A DNA stretch of 34,792 nt from Dimorphilus gyrociliatus (GCA_904063045.1 CAJFCJ010000119.1:1-34792), one strand, 5' to 3'. Positions 9,734 to 22,861 are shown, numbered from the stretch's first letter. The notes: generated from the sequence alone by a model not told the origin. A program made the numbers and translations.

Positions 9734-10744
9734 AAATAATTGATTCTTTATATCTTTTATAATATATCTTTAATATTAGGTTTGATTCTATTAATATATA
9801 CTTTTTTATAGTAAATTGATTCTTTATATCTTTTTTGTATTTTTTTATACGTTTACCGATTCTATTAATATATGATTTTGGGTTGGAGAGATGAGAAACT
9901 CTCATGATTTTAATTCTATCTCGACTGAAATTTATCAATAAAATTTGATATGAAAAATATATATAAGTAGGTTATAGAACTAGAAGTCCAAATACCTTAT
10001 ATTTATATTGAAAGTGAAGCTATTGTAAACTGAATCCTGTGTTAACATAAAAACTATATATCTATCAGGAAATAAGAAGCACAACCTACTCCTATAATAC
10101 TAAGAAAAGAGAAAATAAGGGTGGTTTTTGACAAATTATAACTAAAGTTTTCATAGTAAATAGGCGAAATAAGTTAGTATAAAATCATTATGAAGTATAT
10201 TCTAACCTACCTTCTTATAAAAAGAATAAATACTATGAAAGAGGAAGCAGTAGCTGAAATAAACAATATTTACGTTTGAACGAAATGATCATCAGTGTCA
10301 GTCAGCACTAGTTATTTAACCAGAAGGGACTATTAATTGTCGACGTTAAGGTAACTATTCAACTAGTAAAACTGTGTATGCTGTTCCAATAAGAGAGGTA
10401 AAAGTGTGTAAAGGCAGCGACAAATACAATAAGTCAACCGGTGTGTCATCTTTTAATAAAAAAATACTAGATCAGCTGAGGTTCTGGAGGTTTACATAAC
10501 CAATATGGCCTTTAATAATATATTAAGAACAATAATTTAATAGGGATGTTATAATTTCATCAGTAGCAATATATCTCCACCCTCATATTAATTATTTTAT
10601 GGTAAATGAGTTTATTATCTTCTTTTATACCTCTTTTTATGGCTAAGTTTTTATATTCGTCTATTATAAATCTTCTATTAAACTTCTTTTGATATTCTCT
10701 AAAAAATAAATTGAAATTAGATTATTTTGTAATATTAGAAAATG

Positions 10745-10973
10745 TTTATAAATCTACAACTTATGTATAATTATAGACTATTATCTTATTTTGTAATACT
10801 AAATAAATACTTGAAAAACTATAAAAATGAGAGAATTACGTAAAAACCTACAACTTATGTATAATTATAGACTATCATCTTATATTGTAATTTTTTTATT
10901 CTTTAAAGTTTACGTTTAATATTACAAGATAAGACAATAGTCTATAATTATACATAAGTTGTAGATTTATAAA
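10745..10973. repeat. MITE-like inverted repeat with a third internal copy of the arm
   Basis: tttataaatctacaacttatgtataattatagactattatcttattttgtaat at 10745-10797, inverted at ~10921-10973, with a direct copy at 10848-10891. Confidence 0.7.
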
Positions 10974-11002
10974 AAATTAATACGAATTGTATTTATTAAT
11001 TC

Positions 11003-13174
11003 TCAATCACGCAAACGACAATACATGATTATATCTTTATTATTATTCAATTTACGTACTTTTTTAGATATTTCATAATCTCTTTCATCAAAGGTTATTC
11101 CTGTTAAACTTCTTGAATTAGTTAAATCCGTAATGTCTTTGTCTGATAGATCATCAACTCCTATCAAAGAAATACTTTTTAACTTTTGGGAGAGATTGAT
11201 AGAAGAAAAACTACCCTCTATAAATCTGCAACCATTTAATTCAAGATCTTTTAGACAAGGAAGACTGAATATCTTGCTAAGATGTCTATTTTCCATACTA
11301 CTTCCTGGAATACACAAATGTTCTAGCTTCCTTAATTTCTTTATTGCCCTATAACTTCTAATATTGTATCCCGTTAATTTAAGTGACTTTAGATTGACTA
11401 ATTGCTCTATTCCTCTTATACTTATGGTATCGTAAAGTGATAATTCAAGCCATTCTAGATTCTTTAAACTATAAACTAGTTTAAGGTCATCTTGACTTAG
11501 ACGGACTCCACTCAAATCTAAATATTTTAAGCTATTACCTGAACCTATTTTAAAACTCTTTAAATATGTATAGAGTAATTTAATCTCCTTTAAGCTTTTT
11601 ATATTCATCCAAGCTAGAGATTTCATCTCTCTGTTGTAATTCAAATTCAGTTTTCTTAATCTTTGCAAGTTATTTAATTCTGGAAATAGTTTGTTTGGGA
11701 TATTGCATGACTCAAGATCTAATTCTTCTAGACTCTCACATCTAAAAACTTCAGATAGGTCACAGTTAGAAATCATCTTCGAATTATGCTCTCTAGATAA
11801 ATCCAAAATACGTAATTTCTTAAGATTAGTAAGTCCAATTAGTGTGCCTTCCTCTAAGTCGCTTTTTTTGAGTAATAGCTCCTCAATATCTGCTAATGAA
11901 AATAAGATGTCTAAACTGCCCTTCTTTAAATTGTTATCTCCTAAATCCACTTTTTTTAGTTTAGGAAAGCTACCAACTTCTTGTAAAATGTCCATTGAAA
12001 ATTTACATCTATATACCAGTAGAGTTTCGACGTTGCTGCTACATTCAATTTCTTGTGATATTGTATTTTCTTTAAAAGTATTATCATAAAAGCCAGTTAT
12101 ATTGCTTATGTTTAACTTTTTTAGGTGTTTTAATTTGATAATTTCTAACCATTCATCTTTTGTAATTTTAGTTCCGCCAATATAAAGATCAACCAGATTT
12201 TTTAAGAAGAACAAATCCATTATATTTGAAGGATTTTCTATAAATCTGTAGTATGCTAACTCGAAGGTTTTCAATTTACTTAGATTTTTTAATTTATCTA
12301 GATAGGGTCCTGTATGGTTCATATAACTTATTACTAATTCTTCTAGAGCTGTGACTTGTGAAATTTCATCGAAGTCCTTTTCTTTCAGCCATTGATAATT
12401 TTCGATATTCAGAATTTTTAGATTTCGTAGGTTTCCAATTCCTGTAAAACTCATAGTATCAAAAGGACCATATGATAGATTGAGTATTTCTAATGTGTGT
12501 ATCTTATAAATATATTGGTAATCATCTGTATCTATTTTATGAGATTGTAAATCCAAAGATTTTAAAGTTGTAAATTTTGTGAGAGCCTTTACAGAATCTG
12601 AGGATAGCTCACATCTTGATAAATTCAGTTCCCTAATTTTAAGTGTGGAAATTGCCTCTAAATCCTCTGCAGGTATTTGCTTGCACCAAGATAGATTAAG
12701 TTTTTCTAGGTTAATCAAAGATGAAAGATTGGGTCTCCCAATAATACAGACTTGTAAGTCTAACTCCTTTAAGTTTGATAAGTAACTAAACTGTATATTT
12801 GAAAGGTTAATTTCTTTGTTTCTTTCTAAAGTTAATGTTTTAAGTTTAGTTAGCTTGTCTAAGTTGTCAAAACTAGATAAATGACAATCTTTTGCGATGA
12901 GTTCTTCTAGGTTTTTCATCTTTAAATTAAGATTATAAATTTTATTGTGACTAATATTAAGTGATTTAATAGTATTTGATTCATAGTTTAGATCAATTCC
13001 TGTAATATTACAGTTTCTTATATCTAATTTATTCAAGATGGGTAGACAAAGAATTCGATTAAAACACGTTTTAGGTTGTTGTTGATGGCTTGCTTCCACC
13101 AAATGCTCTTTACTTTGCTCGATAGAAGTGCATAGCTTGTAAGCTAAATGAAGAAAAAAAGAATGGTTAAACAT
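11003..13174 (-). CDS. Leucine-rich repeat protein LRR-1 (723 aa), putative signal peptide
   Basis: Intact ORF made of LxxLxxLxLxxC/N repeats of about 24-25 aa. Leader MFNHSFFLHLAYKLCT. acaccccttttATG context. AATAAA lies just after the stop. Confidence 0.9.
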   Translation of the reverse strand: MFNHSFFLHLAYKLCTSIEQSKEHLVEASHQQQPKTCFNRILCLPILNKLDIRNCNITGIDLNYESNTIKSLNISHNKIYNLNLKMKNLEELIAKDCHLSSFDNLDKLTKLKTLTLERNKEINLSNIQFSYLSNLKELDLQVCIIGRPNLSSLINLEKLNLSWCKQIPAEDLEAISTLKIRELNLSRCELSSDSVKALTKFTTLKSLDLQSHKIDTDDYQYIYKIHTLEILNLSYGPFDTMSFTGIGNLRNLKILNIENYQWLKEKDFDEISQVTALEELVISYMNHTGPYLDKLKNLSKLKTFELAYYRFIENPSNIMDLFFLKNLVDLYIGGTKITKDEWLEIIKLKHLKKLNISNITGFYDNTFKENTISQEIECSSNVETLLVYRCKFSMDILQEVGSFPKLKKVDLGDNNLKKGSLDILFSLADIEELLLKKSDLEEGTLIGLTNLKKLRILDLSREHNSKMISNCDLSEVFRCESLEELDLESCNIPNKLFPELNNLQRLRKLNLNYNREMKSLAWMNIKSLKEIKLLYTYLKSFKIGSGNSLKYLDLSGVRLSQDDLKLVYSLKNLEWLELSLYDTISIRGIEQLVNLKSLKLTGYNIRSYRAIKKLRKLEHLCIPGSSMENRHLSKIFSLPCLKDLELNGCRFIEGSFSSINLSQKLKSISLIGVDDLSDKDITDLTNSRSLTGITFDERDYEISKKVRKLNNNKDIIMYCRLRD

Positions 13175-15001
13175 AAAAGGGGTGTTATTTAAATTCTTTA
13201 TTTAGAAAGTTTTTTTAGATATAATCAATTCCATTAGAGCTTTAAGTATATGAATAAAACTATCAAAAGTAACACAATAAGAAACTGCTTAACTATAAAG
13301 AATTAATAAAAAAACAAGATTATTGATTATTTCTATTTTATCTTTACTTTAAACTAAATAAAGGTTTTCATAATAAACTGTATATAAATTTTTATTTAGA
13401 TTACACCAAGAAAGAATATGTTATGTTATTACTTCATTTGCTTTATAGATAAATAAAATAAATACGGATTTAATTAGAAATGTATTATATTCTATTTCAT
13501 CTCCAATAAGATTTGCGAGTTCTATTAATTCGTCCATGTAAATCCTCTATTCCTAAAAAAAACATTCTTATTGATACTTGGTAATTTCTTCTGTAAAGTT
13601 ATAGGTAGTTTTTAAAGTTGATAAGTAACTTAAAAGCTTCATTATAGATATAATGTATTTAATAAGAAACTAAAGATTGCATTGGATAACACCATCAAAC
13701 TATTTGAAACAAATGATTATAAAAGTTTTATATTTCTAGAGGAACCAGGTGATTAGGAAGTATTTTTATATAGTAAGTAGCGATAATACCTGGTAGATAA
13801 TAATACCTAAGTGATAGTAGCCCCCTGAAATAGCAGTATATCTATTTTAAAACTGCAGGAGTCTCCATTCTACTTTTAAACACTCAAACCATTTTAAAAA
13901 ACAGTATATCATCAATTCAAAATATGTGGACATTATAAAAAATACATCACTTCTTGTTATAAAGTTACTCTATTTAATATGAATATTAGCTCATACGAAA
14001 AGACCAGAAAAAAATATTTCTATTGATATGAAACATAGGAAGATTATTAATAACTGAATATCACATAAAACGAACTTTTAAAACCTCTAGAATATAAATA
14101 GTAATTCAAGAGAAAACCTAAAAAAGAAGTTCGTTAAATTTAAATAATAAGTTTATGAAGAGAAGCTGAATAAGCCTAAAAAACAGTGAAATATTAAAAA
14201 ACAAAATAATAGTAAACAAGAAAAAATATTAATTTGAGCAAAAAAATAAGAATAAGAAGCCTAAAAACAGTGAGATATTAAAAAACGTGTTTTTTAACTT
14301 TTTTATGTAAGCTAGTATTCATTTAAAGAGACTGGCTAAAGTTTATATTAATTTAAAAGGCAAATAGTCTATAATTATTTATTAAGCATAAGTTTTAAGT
14401 AAATAAAGATTTTAAAGTGATGTTAAATTGAGGTTTATAATTTTATTGTTTCATTCAAAGCAAGAAAGTATTATACTTTTTAACTCCCTCCGTGTTTTAT
14501 GTTAAAAAGTATTTAAAAATATAATTTATAAATGCTTATATAAGTAAAAAAAAGTATTTTTTATTTTATAAGAATTCTCAACATGATTGGTATTTGAAAA
14601 AGCTAAAACATAGTTAAATACTGTTTTGATTGGTTAAATCCTATAAACGAATAAATATTGGTATATAGTCAATTTCGTATTATACGATTGGAATTAATTA
14701 AAAACGTGTAAATAAAAATTCATATTTTTAAAGTTTTAATATAGTTTTACATATAATAGCATGCAGAACAAAAAAGGGATTTTATTAAAGAAATAGACCT
14801 AAAATAAATAAATAAATAAATAATGGTTTTAATCAATAGACCACCTATTTACTATGAAAAAACATCGTTTAGTAATTTAAACGATGGGATTTTTATTAAT
14901 TTTTAACCTATTCGATACGATTAAAACAATGGTATTTATTCAAAATTAGCGTACCTTTCTAAAGAATGAATGATAAATAACTTTATCTATTCAACGATAT
15001 T

Positions 15002-17150
15002 TTATCTTTCAAATTCAATTTTTTTATCTTCACAATTAAATCGTTCTAATTTATTTCTAATTTCATCACTGAAAGTTATTAAGTCTAAACTTTTCAACAA
15101 CATCAAATATTCTATTTCTTCTTCATTTATATTTTTAACATCTTTTAGGTTAATTTCTTTAAGTTTTTTACTTTTTTGTAATTTACTGAAAAATTCTTCA
15201 TTAACATCGCATTGTATTAAATCTAGCTTTTCTAAACTAGGTAACTTAAGAACAGGGTCATAACAACCTTGCTCTAGTACTTTTGTAGAACTTAGATCCA
15301 AAAACCTCAATCTTTTTAAATTTTCTATACCAATTAAGCTGTCAAGTTCACAACCAGATAAGTTTAGTTCTTCTAAAGCAAAAAGGCCAAACAACGACTT
15401 TAAGTCACTTTTGCCCAACTTGGATGTGCTAAGCTCTAATATTTTGAGATTCTTAGTGTTTTTATTTAAGCCTTCCGGACTGCAATCGGATAATTTTAGC
15501 TCAGTTAACTCTTCTACTTTTAAATTGAGTAGTGATTTTATTTTGAAATTTCCGTGTAGGTTTAACCTCTTCAATGTTTTTATCTGACTAATTTTTATTA
15601 AGGAATCTTCTGTGACATTGCAAAAGGATAGATCAAGCTCTCTTAGTTTTCTTAGGTTAAGTATTTGGTTCAGATCACATTCTTTTATTCTATTATTGTA
15701 GGTTACTCCGCCTATGTTTAATAAAATAAGATTTTCTAGTTGGTTTATTCCCATAAGTGAGTTTTCTTCAAACTGTCCGTCTTTGATTATCAGTTCTGTT
15801 AAATTCAATGTCTCAAACAGCGTTCTTAAATCTTCTTTTTTAAACTTATTTTTACTTAAATCAAGTGTTCTAAGCTTATTCAAGTTACTAATTTGGCTTA
15901 TTGCACCTCCACTTTCAATGTAATTACCAATAATGCTAAGTTCCTCTAGCTCTGTTAGTTCTGCTATATATCCTAATTGAACGTTCGTTAATTTATGTCT
16001 TTGGGAAATTCGTACTCCCCCTAAACATAAAACCTTTAAACTCTTTAGTTTAGTTATATTAATCCAATCTTGACTTCCTATCACACACCGATATAGATTT
16101 AACTCTAATAAACCATTTAAAGCAAAAACACTTTGAATAGAAACTGAATTTAAAAGACGATTATCTTCTAAATCTAGTTTTTTCAAGTTCATATTTTTTA
16201 TATTTTCGATACAATCGTCTTCAGCTTACAGTTGTTTAAATATAACTCCTCTAAATTTTCTAACTTCCTTATATAATTAAACTCTTCTTTATCAATCCAT
16301 TCGGCCCTATTCAACTTTAAAACTTCCAATTTTGTTAATTTATCTATGTCTTCCAAGTTTACTGCCCCCGTATTAGATATATCTAGACATTTTAAATTGT
16401 ATAAACAATATATGTCTTCATAATAAGCAAAATTTATATCATTATAAGATATGTCTAATATTTCAACATTCTTCAAATTTGAGAGTATAGATATTGCTAC
16501 ATCGGTCAAAGAACAGTTATTAAGCTTCAACTCTTCTAAGTTTAATTCTTTTAGCTTTGAAATATCTTCATCATTTAAGTTTGTATTGTCAGACAAGTCT
16601 AAATACCTAAGATTAACTAAGCCGTCAAAGTTAAACGATTTAAGATCACAATCATTTAAAATCAAACTATTAAGATTCTCTAATGAGTTTAATTTTAACT
16701 CAGTTAATTTATTTTTGCTTAAATCCAATTTTTTCAAGTTTGTTAATCTATTTAATTTTCCTGTATTTTTGAGCGAACAATTTCTGGCAATTAGTTCTTC
16801 TAAATCGTATAACTGTATATAATCTATATTAAATATTTTGTTTTCGCTTATATTGAGAATTTTTATATGCTTTGGGATTAAATTTAAAATGTTTTGATTA
16901 AGACTGCAATTTTTAAGGTTTAAAGTCACAATTTCTTTATTAGAAAGAATCATTTCCATGTATTTTCTAATTAAATCTGTGTCTTGATCTATCTTGAAGC
17001 GTTTAGATTCTGAGTATTTATCATTATTATTATTATTATTTACTTAGTTCTCTTTAAAGTCTCACCAACTATAATATTAGGTGAGTTTAAATCTGAGGTC
17101 GCAAGAAATCCAATAATGAATAAAGCGAAAGCTGTAAATATCATAGCCAT
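15002..17150 (-). CDS. Leucine-rich repeat protein LRR-2 (~716 aa reconstructed), two 1-bp frameshifts (~17045, ~16222)
   Basis: Joins ORFs 17040-17222, 16198-16959 and 15002-16192. The start is chosen at aacccatATG (MAMIFTAFALFIIGFLATS). The mirror copy reads through the first break (actagagta vs actaagta), so the breaks may be errors. Confidence 0.8.
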
Positions 17151-17852
17151 ATGGGTTATACATGACAAATATAAAAATGTGACGTAAAAGGAGATACTTT
17201 CCAATAAAAAAGAATATAGCAAGAAAAGTTAATGAAATAAAAAAACACATTTAGTATCTTCCAAAAAGAGTATACCAAAAAAAACAAATTCTTTATGGAA
17301 AACACGTGCCTAAAAAATTTTAAATGTACATTTATTTAGAAGACTATAATAGTTTATACTTTCTTTTTAAAATGTTAGATAATAACAATTTGTTTACTCT
17401 TATTCTTTGCAAGTAAACATGTAAAAAAAGAAGATATACGAATTTAGTTAATAGTGAATTTTTCTCCTTTTTAAAAATATTTTACAATTCCCCTTTTTTT
17501 CTTTTTTGCAGTTTCCCAAAAATTGATTTAAGTTTTTTTAGACTAGAATTCTCTTATTTTTAGACTATAAATTAATGGTTTAAGTTTATTCTCTGATCAT
17601 TTTTTAAAAAATCAGAATTTTTTGTTTCATCAGGACCTTTCTTATATATGCTATTATCATTAACACTATAAATTACAATCTTCTATAAAAAAAGATTCAA
17701 TATATCCAATTTCATTATATTTATTGAATTAAGGCCGATTTTCAATATCAGCCGATTCTTTCTTTTGATAATAGTTTGCGTAATTATTGAATCTTTATTT
17801 TTTTCAAAAGAGACATTTTAAAATCTTGTAATACATTGGTCCAAATGTATGA

Positions 17853-17911
17853 TCACTTGAATAAATGATGACTTGAATGATATGTTCACTTGAGTAAATG
17901 ATGACTTGAAT
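17853..17911. repeat. 33-bp tandem duplication (mirrored at ~33228-33286)
   Basis: tcacttga(a/g)taaatgatgacttgaat at 17853 and 17886. Confidence 0.8.
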
Positions 17912-18495
17912 ATTAATTCTTTCCAATTCTTCTAAAAACCCCTTTTTTATCGAGACTATCTAATTTTATCTAGAACGTTTAATAAAACTTTGGATTCCTC
18001 TTATTTATAAATAGTATTTTGATATTATTGCAAGACTTTATGTGATTATTAGTATGTGCAATTGCCGATAAATAAAAAAAGCTTCTGTTAAGAATAAATC
18101 AAATTCAAATCTTTAATTATCTGTGCGTTATTTAAATACGCATATTACATATATTTTTAAAACGTATTGGCTTTTGTATTACCAATGAGACTAATTTAAT
18201 AGGGAACAGTTAGTACTCTTTCTTTTAATCTTTTAAATCCGTTTCTACTTCCGAGAAATAACTAAATAAATCAGCACTATAATCATTTTTGGTCCTTTTT
18301 CTTTAATAATTGTATTAAGTAAATTGGGTGTTTTAGGTAGTCTGTGTTGATATTTAATGAGTCATCAGAAATATATTTTTTAAAAGAATATTTACTTTTT
18401 AATCTCTAAAACCGACCGGCTTCTATTAAAATTTAATATTTATAATAATAAATTCGCCCTGATAGTTTATTTTTTTTGTCTGATTAAATAATTTT

Positions 18496-18607
18496 ATCTT
18501 TAATGGTGAGTTTATTAACAATATATTGCTAATTGATTTTATACTGCTTTATATCTTTAATGGTGAATTTATTAACAATATATTGCTAATTGATTTTATA
18601 CTGCTTT
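18496..18607. repeat. 57-bp tandem duplication (mirrored at ~32532-32643)
   Basis: atctttaatggtga.tttattaacaatatattgctaattgattttatactgcttt at 18496 and 18553. Confidence 0.9.
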
Positions 18608-18983
18608 GATTCTGGGGATCAGCATATGATACTTAAAAAAATTGTATTTTAAAATTTAATAATCTCTAGTTTAAATTACAGAGACGTAATTTCTGAGCAC
18701 TTTTTTTACGAGGGTAAAAAAGTAACAGTAAGTTTTACTTAGAAGAATAAAAAATGAACGAGATATAGTTGAGGCTTGCTTAATTTTAATATAAAAGACA
18801 AGTATAGAAATCGATAAATAATTATAGCATTTAATCTTTAATATAAAAATAAGTCAATAGTATTCACCATCATTTTATTTATTATATTCACATTAAATCT
18901 ATATCATTTCTAAAGTAATTATTAATCTTAATGTGCAACTTTTCAAATTTTTAGTCTTTATGAATATTTAGAATTTACAATAT

Positions 18984-19200
18984 ATTGACGTTATAGAATC
19001 AATCAATGATGTTATATTTATTTTAAGAGAACAAGGTGTTTTAAAAATACAGTATTACTGAGGTCTATACCAAAGTATCATTTTTTTACAAACTGTAAAA
19101 ATAAACAAAAATTATGTTGCTATAAGATGTAATTAACTATCATTTAATAAGTACCAAATACATTTTTCTAATAAAAAAGATAGTTTCTTGAGAATTACAT
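18984..19200 (+). pseudogene. Possible highly decayed Merlin transposase N-terminus (mirrored at ~31939-32155, minus strand)
   Basis: Reads ILREQGVLKIQYY*GLYQS...AIRCN*LSFNK...KKDSFL. Single-base changes would restore CxxC...C...C, as in the other Merlin copies. No TIR found. Confidence 0.4.
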
Positions 19201-19900
19201 GTTATGCTTGAAATTATTACTGAAAAGTACCTTTTGCTGTTGTAGAAATCAGGACTAAATAAATATTATTAATAAATATGATACTAATGAGGCACTAATG
19301 AATAAAAAAAGTCCATTTTTCGTCAAAACAGTATCTCACTATAGATTTGGAATACCAGCCATGGCTTCAAAACCTGTTAAATAATATGTAGACCTGTTTT
19401 AATAGAAAGGTGAGAACAGAGAGTTTTACTACTTCATATGAATGTAGCTGATATAAGAAATAGTAATAGAGAACTTGTCTTTTTCATAAAAAAATAAATT
19501 ATAACTTATTTTTTTTGTAAAGGTATTAATTACTTGATAGATATAATTTTAAACTATATTAATAGAAAATCCATTTTAATCAAAAACAATAAACAGCTGT
19601 AATTCCCTAAATAGACGGATTTTATGACATAATTAATAATTGTTACCTTTAAAATAACCTTTTGCAGAGATGTCCTTTTTTATTACAAACTGTATAACAC
19701 TACTATGTTAAAATTTTAGAGCTTGTCGAGTTTTTTATCACAACTTCATTTAAGCAATGGTTTATAATTAAAACATTATATTTTAAACTGAACCATTGTA
19801 TTCGAAATTTACGTCATAACAGTTTTTAAAAAGTTTGAAAATCTTTTAATGACATATAATTAACTATTTACAATTTAACTTTACTATTTAGATAGAAATT

Positions 19901-20092
19901 GAAACCTAATACATGTGTTATAATAAACTAATATGTGTTATAAAAACAGATTCTTAATGATGTCTTATAAAAACAGACTTAAATGTAAAACCAATTTAAT
20001 AAGTAATGAAACCTAATACATGTGTTTTATAAAAACAGATTCTTAATGATGTCTTATAAAAACAGACTTAAATGTAAAACCAATTTAATAAG
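19901..20092. repeat. Imperfect tandem duplication of ~85-107 bp (mirrored at ~31047-31238)
   Basis: gaaacctaatacatgtgt...aaaaacagattcttaatgatgtcttataaaaacagacttaaatgtaaaaccaatttaataag at 19901 and 20008. Confidence 0.9.
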
Positions 20093-20149
20093 AGAACATC
20101 CCAATCCCTGTATAAACATTGTTTTTACATAATAGTAAATATTGATAGA

Positions 20150-22325
20150 CTAAATTCCAATAAACAAATTCTTATTTTCTAAATCTTTCTTTAAATCTTC
20201 CTTTGATAACTGATTTCCACAAAGATATACGCTTTTTAAATTTTTTAGCTTATTCAAAGTTATTTTTGTATGATCATTAAGATTACAACCTGCTAGAGTT
20301 AGAGAATTCAACCTTTTTAGTTCAAAAATGGATTTTAAATCTTCATCACTTAAGTTTTGATTTCTGGTTAAGCATAACTCTTTGAGAAATACAATTTTTT
20401 TAAGACTTATAAATGAATCTCCTGTTGCATTAAGCCTCATTAAGTTTAAATCTTTTATATTTGGGATTTCCGATATGTAAGTGATATCTTGTTTAGTCAA
20501 AGATGAAGTCTCACTCAAATTCAAAGTATGTAATCTTTTTAGTTTTTTTAGGTTTTCGGTTAATCCATCCTCAAATTGACATGCACTTATTTTTAATTCA
20601 TTCAAATAAGTGAGCTGAGATATTCCTTCAACATCTCTTTTGTTCAGTGAAATACCACATTCCAATTGTAAATCTCTTAAACAAATCAATTTGTGAACGT
20701 TTTCTACAGAACCGCTTTTCAGATTACAACAAAGTAATTCTAGACTTTTAAGGTTTTTTAGCTTGAATATAGACAGTATATCATCAGAAGACAAGTTTTT
20801 CACAAACATTAAAGATAAAATATTAAGACTAGTAAGTTTGTAAAGATCGGTTAACATGTTTTTGGTATAATTTATATGAGATAAACTTAAATATAAAAGT
20901 TTTGGACAATTGGTGATATATTTGAAATCTTGATTTGTTAATCCTTTAATATCATGTAGTTGAAGCTTTGTGAGCTTATTTAAAGTTCTTATAGAATCTT
21001 TTGGTATCTCACATTTATATAAAAAGAGTACTTCTAAATTTTGTATAGAAAAGATGGATTGGTAGCCAGTTTGATCTATTCCTGAACAATTATGGATATT
21101 TAGGTTTTGTAGTTTATTTAATGAACTAATACCATCAAGAGAACTATTAGAAAAGTTACAACCTCTAATAAAAATTTCTTTTAAATTAGATAAATTCCAG
21201 ACTTGGTTAAGACCGTATGAGTCAACATTACAATCTACTAAACTTAATTTTCTAAGAATTGATAAGTTTTCAATTCCATATAACGTATCATTGTTTATTT
21301 TGAGGTAATTAATTGTTAATTCTTCTATAGTAGTGCAAAAAAATACATCTTCTAGAGAACATATGTTTTGTAAAGGTTCATCTAAATGTATTATCAATTT
21401 TTTTAGGTTATTAAAATTTTTAGTATGCTTATTTCTTCATTGTTGGTATAATAAAAATTGATTTCTTCGAGATTATACAATTCGTATATCTTTTTGAAAA
21501 TTTGTTGTTCAAAATTACTATTCATTAAAAGCAATTTAATGCTTTTAAGACTTTTTGTATTTTTTAGACTATCTAGTGAATTTGTTTCGAGATTACAGAA
21601 CTTTAAAAATAATCTTTCTAGGTTTGATAATTTACTTATGATATCAAAATCATCTTTTGTAAAATTATTATCACTAAGATCTAGTATTTTTAATTTTTGC
21701 ATTCGTGAAAAATTAATTGGTATTTGGGCATTACAATCGGAAATATTTAACTCAACTAAATTTTTTAAGTTAGCAATACCTTCAAAGTCTTTTTTTCCGA
21801 GGTTTTCATTTCCACCTACATTTAATATCTCCAAATTCTCCAATATACTTATATTAGTCAATGAATTTGTACTCAAATAACAAATTTCCATTTTTAATTC
21901 TGTTAAGCATTTTAATTTAAATAAATCAGATAAGAATTGGCTATCGCTGAGATCAGTATAGTATAGGATTAGCTTTCTTAGCGACCCTGCTCTGTTAATA
22001 TTTTTTAAATGGACTGGTTTTATAGTACTACTACTTAAGTCAAGACATTCTAAGTTTTTTACGTCAAAAATTGACTGAAGTTCTTCTCGAGTCAAACCAC
22101 TTATTTCTTTGATTATTAATATGTATAGATTTTCTAGCTTATTGATATTTATTAGTCTATTTTTATAAAATTGCAATCTGATATGTTTAAGTATTCGAGA
22201 GTGTCTAGTTGGAATATTCTATCTAAGTGATTAACACTGTTTTGTTTTAACTTTTTTTCTATAAGTGTAGTGTAAATTAAACATATGTTTAATAAGAATA
22301 GAAGTGTAGATTTTAAGATATTCAT
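20150..22325 (-). CDS. Leucine-rich repeat protein LRR-3, left-arm copy, with two 1-bp deletions (~22170, ~21420)
   Basis: Reverse complement of the intact 28812-30989. Spans 2176 vs 2178 bp. Split into ORFs 21403-22176 and 20150-21397. Confidence 0.85.
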
Positions 22326-22660
22326 AAAAAAGGGGATTATAAATTTTTATAAATATGCTTTTCTAGGGTAATCAGATAATTTGTTACTTATTAATTTATT
22401 GAAAAAATTTTGAAATAAAACGGTATTATAAACCGGTCACACATATATTTCACATCTTCTACTTTAATATATAAATATAAAATCTATTGTTATAGAAAAA
22501 TTATTGTATGATTAGAAGTATTTCTTAGAACTGTATTCAGTAGATTCAAAAGTATAACCAATCATTATTAATATAAAAAAAGGGGCAAAAGGCATTTTTA
22601 TCAGATCCGTTCTCCTTTTTTTCTATATTTTAAAAAAACATTTGATTTTCAGATGATTAA

Positions 22661-22861
22661 TAATAGTTATTCTATGTTTTAAAGCTCAAGGTTTTTCATA
22701 ATTTAATAGGATACTCATGTTTTTTTAATTTTTATTTATCAAATTTTTATTCCTTTAAGTATTTTTAAGTAATAGTTATTTTATGTTTTAAAGCTCAAGG
22801 TTTTTCATTATTTATTAGGATACTCATGTTTTTTAATTTTTATTCCTTTAAGTATTTTTAA
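22661..22861. repeat. ~109-bp tandem duplication upstream of LRR-3 (mirrored at ~28275-28476)
   Basis: taatagttatt.tatgttttaaagctcaaggtttttcat...aggatactcatgttttttaatttttatt at 22661 and 22770. Confidence 0.85.

Noticed and set aside
10180-10590. Slightly GC-richer stretch with short open frames, possibly a pseudogene or ncRNA
   Set aside because: All frames have frequent stops, and I found no recognisable protein motif, tRNA cloverleaf or rRNA signature.
13400-14100. Fragmentary coding-like text on the minus strand (e.g. MDELIELANLIGDEIEY)
   Set aside because: Under 40 codons, many stops, and no family assignable by eye.
11133-16822. Plus-strand ORFs antisense to the LRR genes (11133, 11691, 12579, 14970, 15714, 16451; also 21458, 29258, 33951, 34258)
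   Set aside because: Ser/Phe/Leu-rich antisense shadows expected from Leu/Lys/Asn-rich coding strands.
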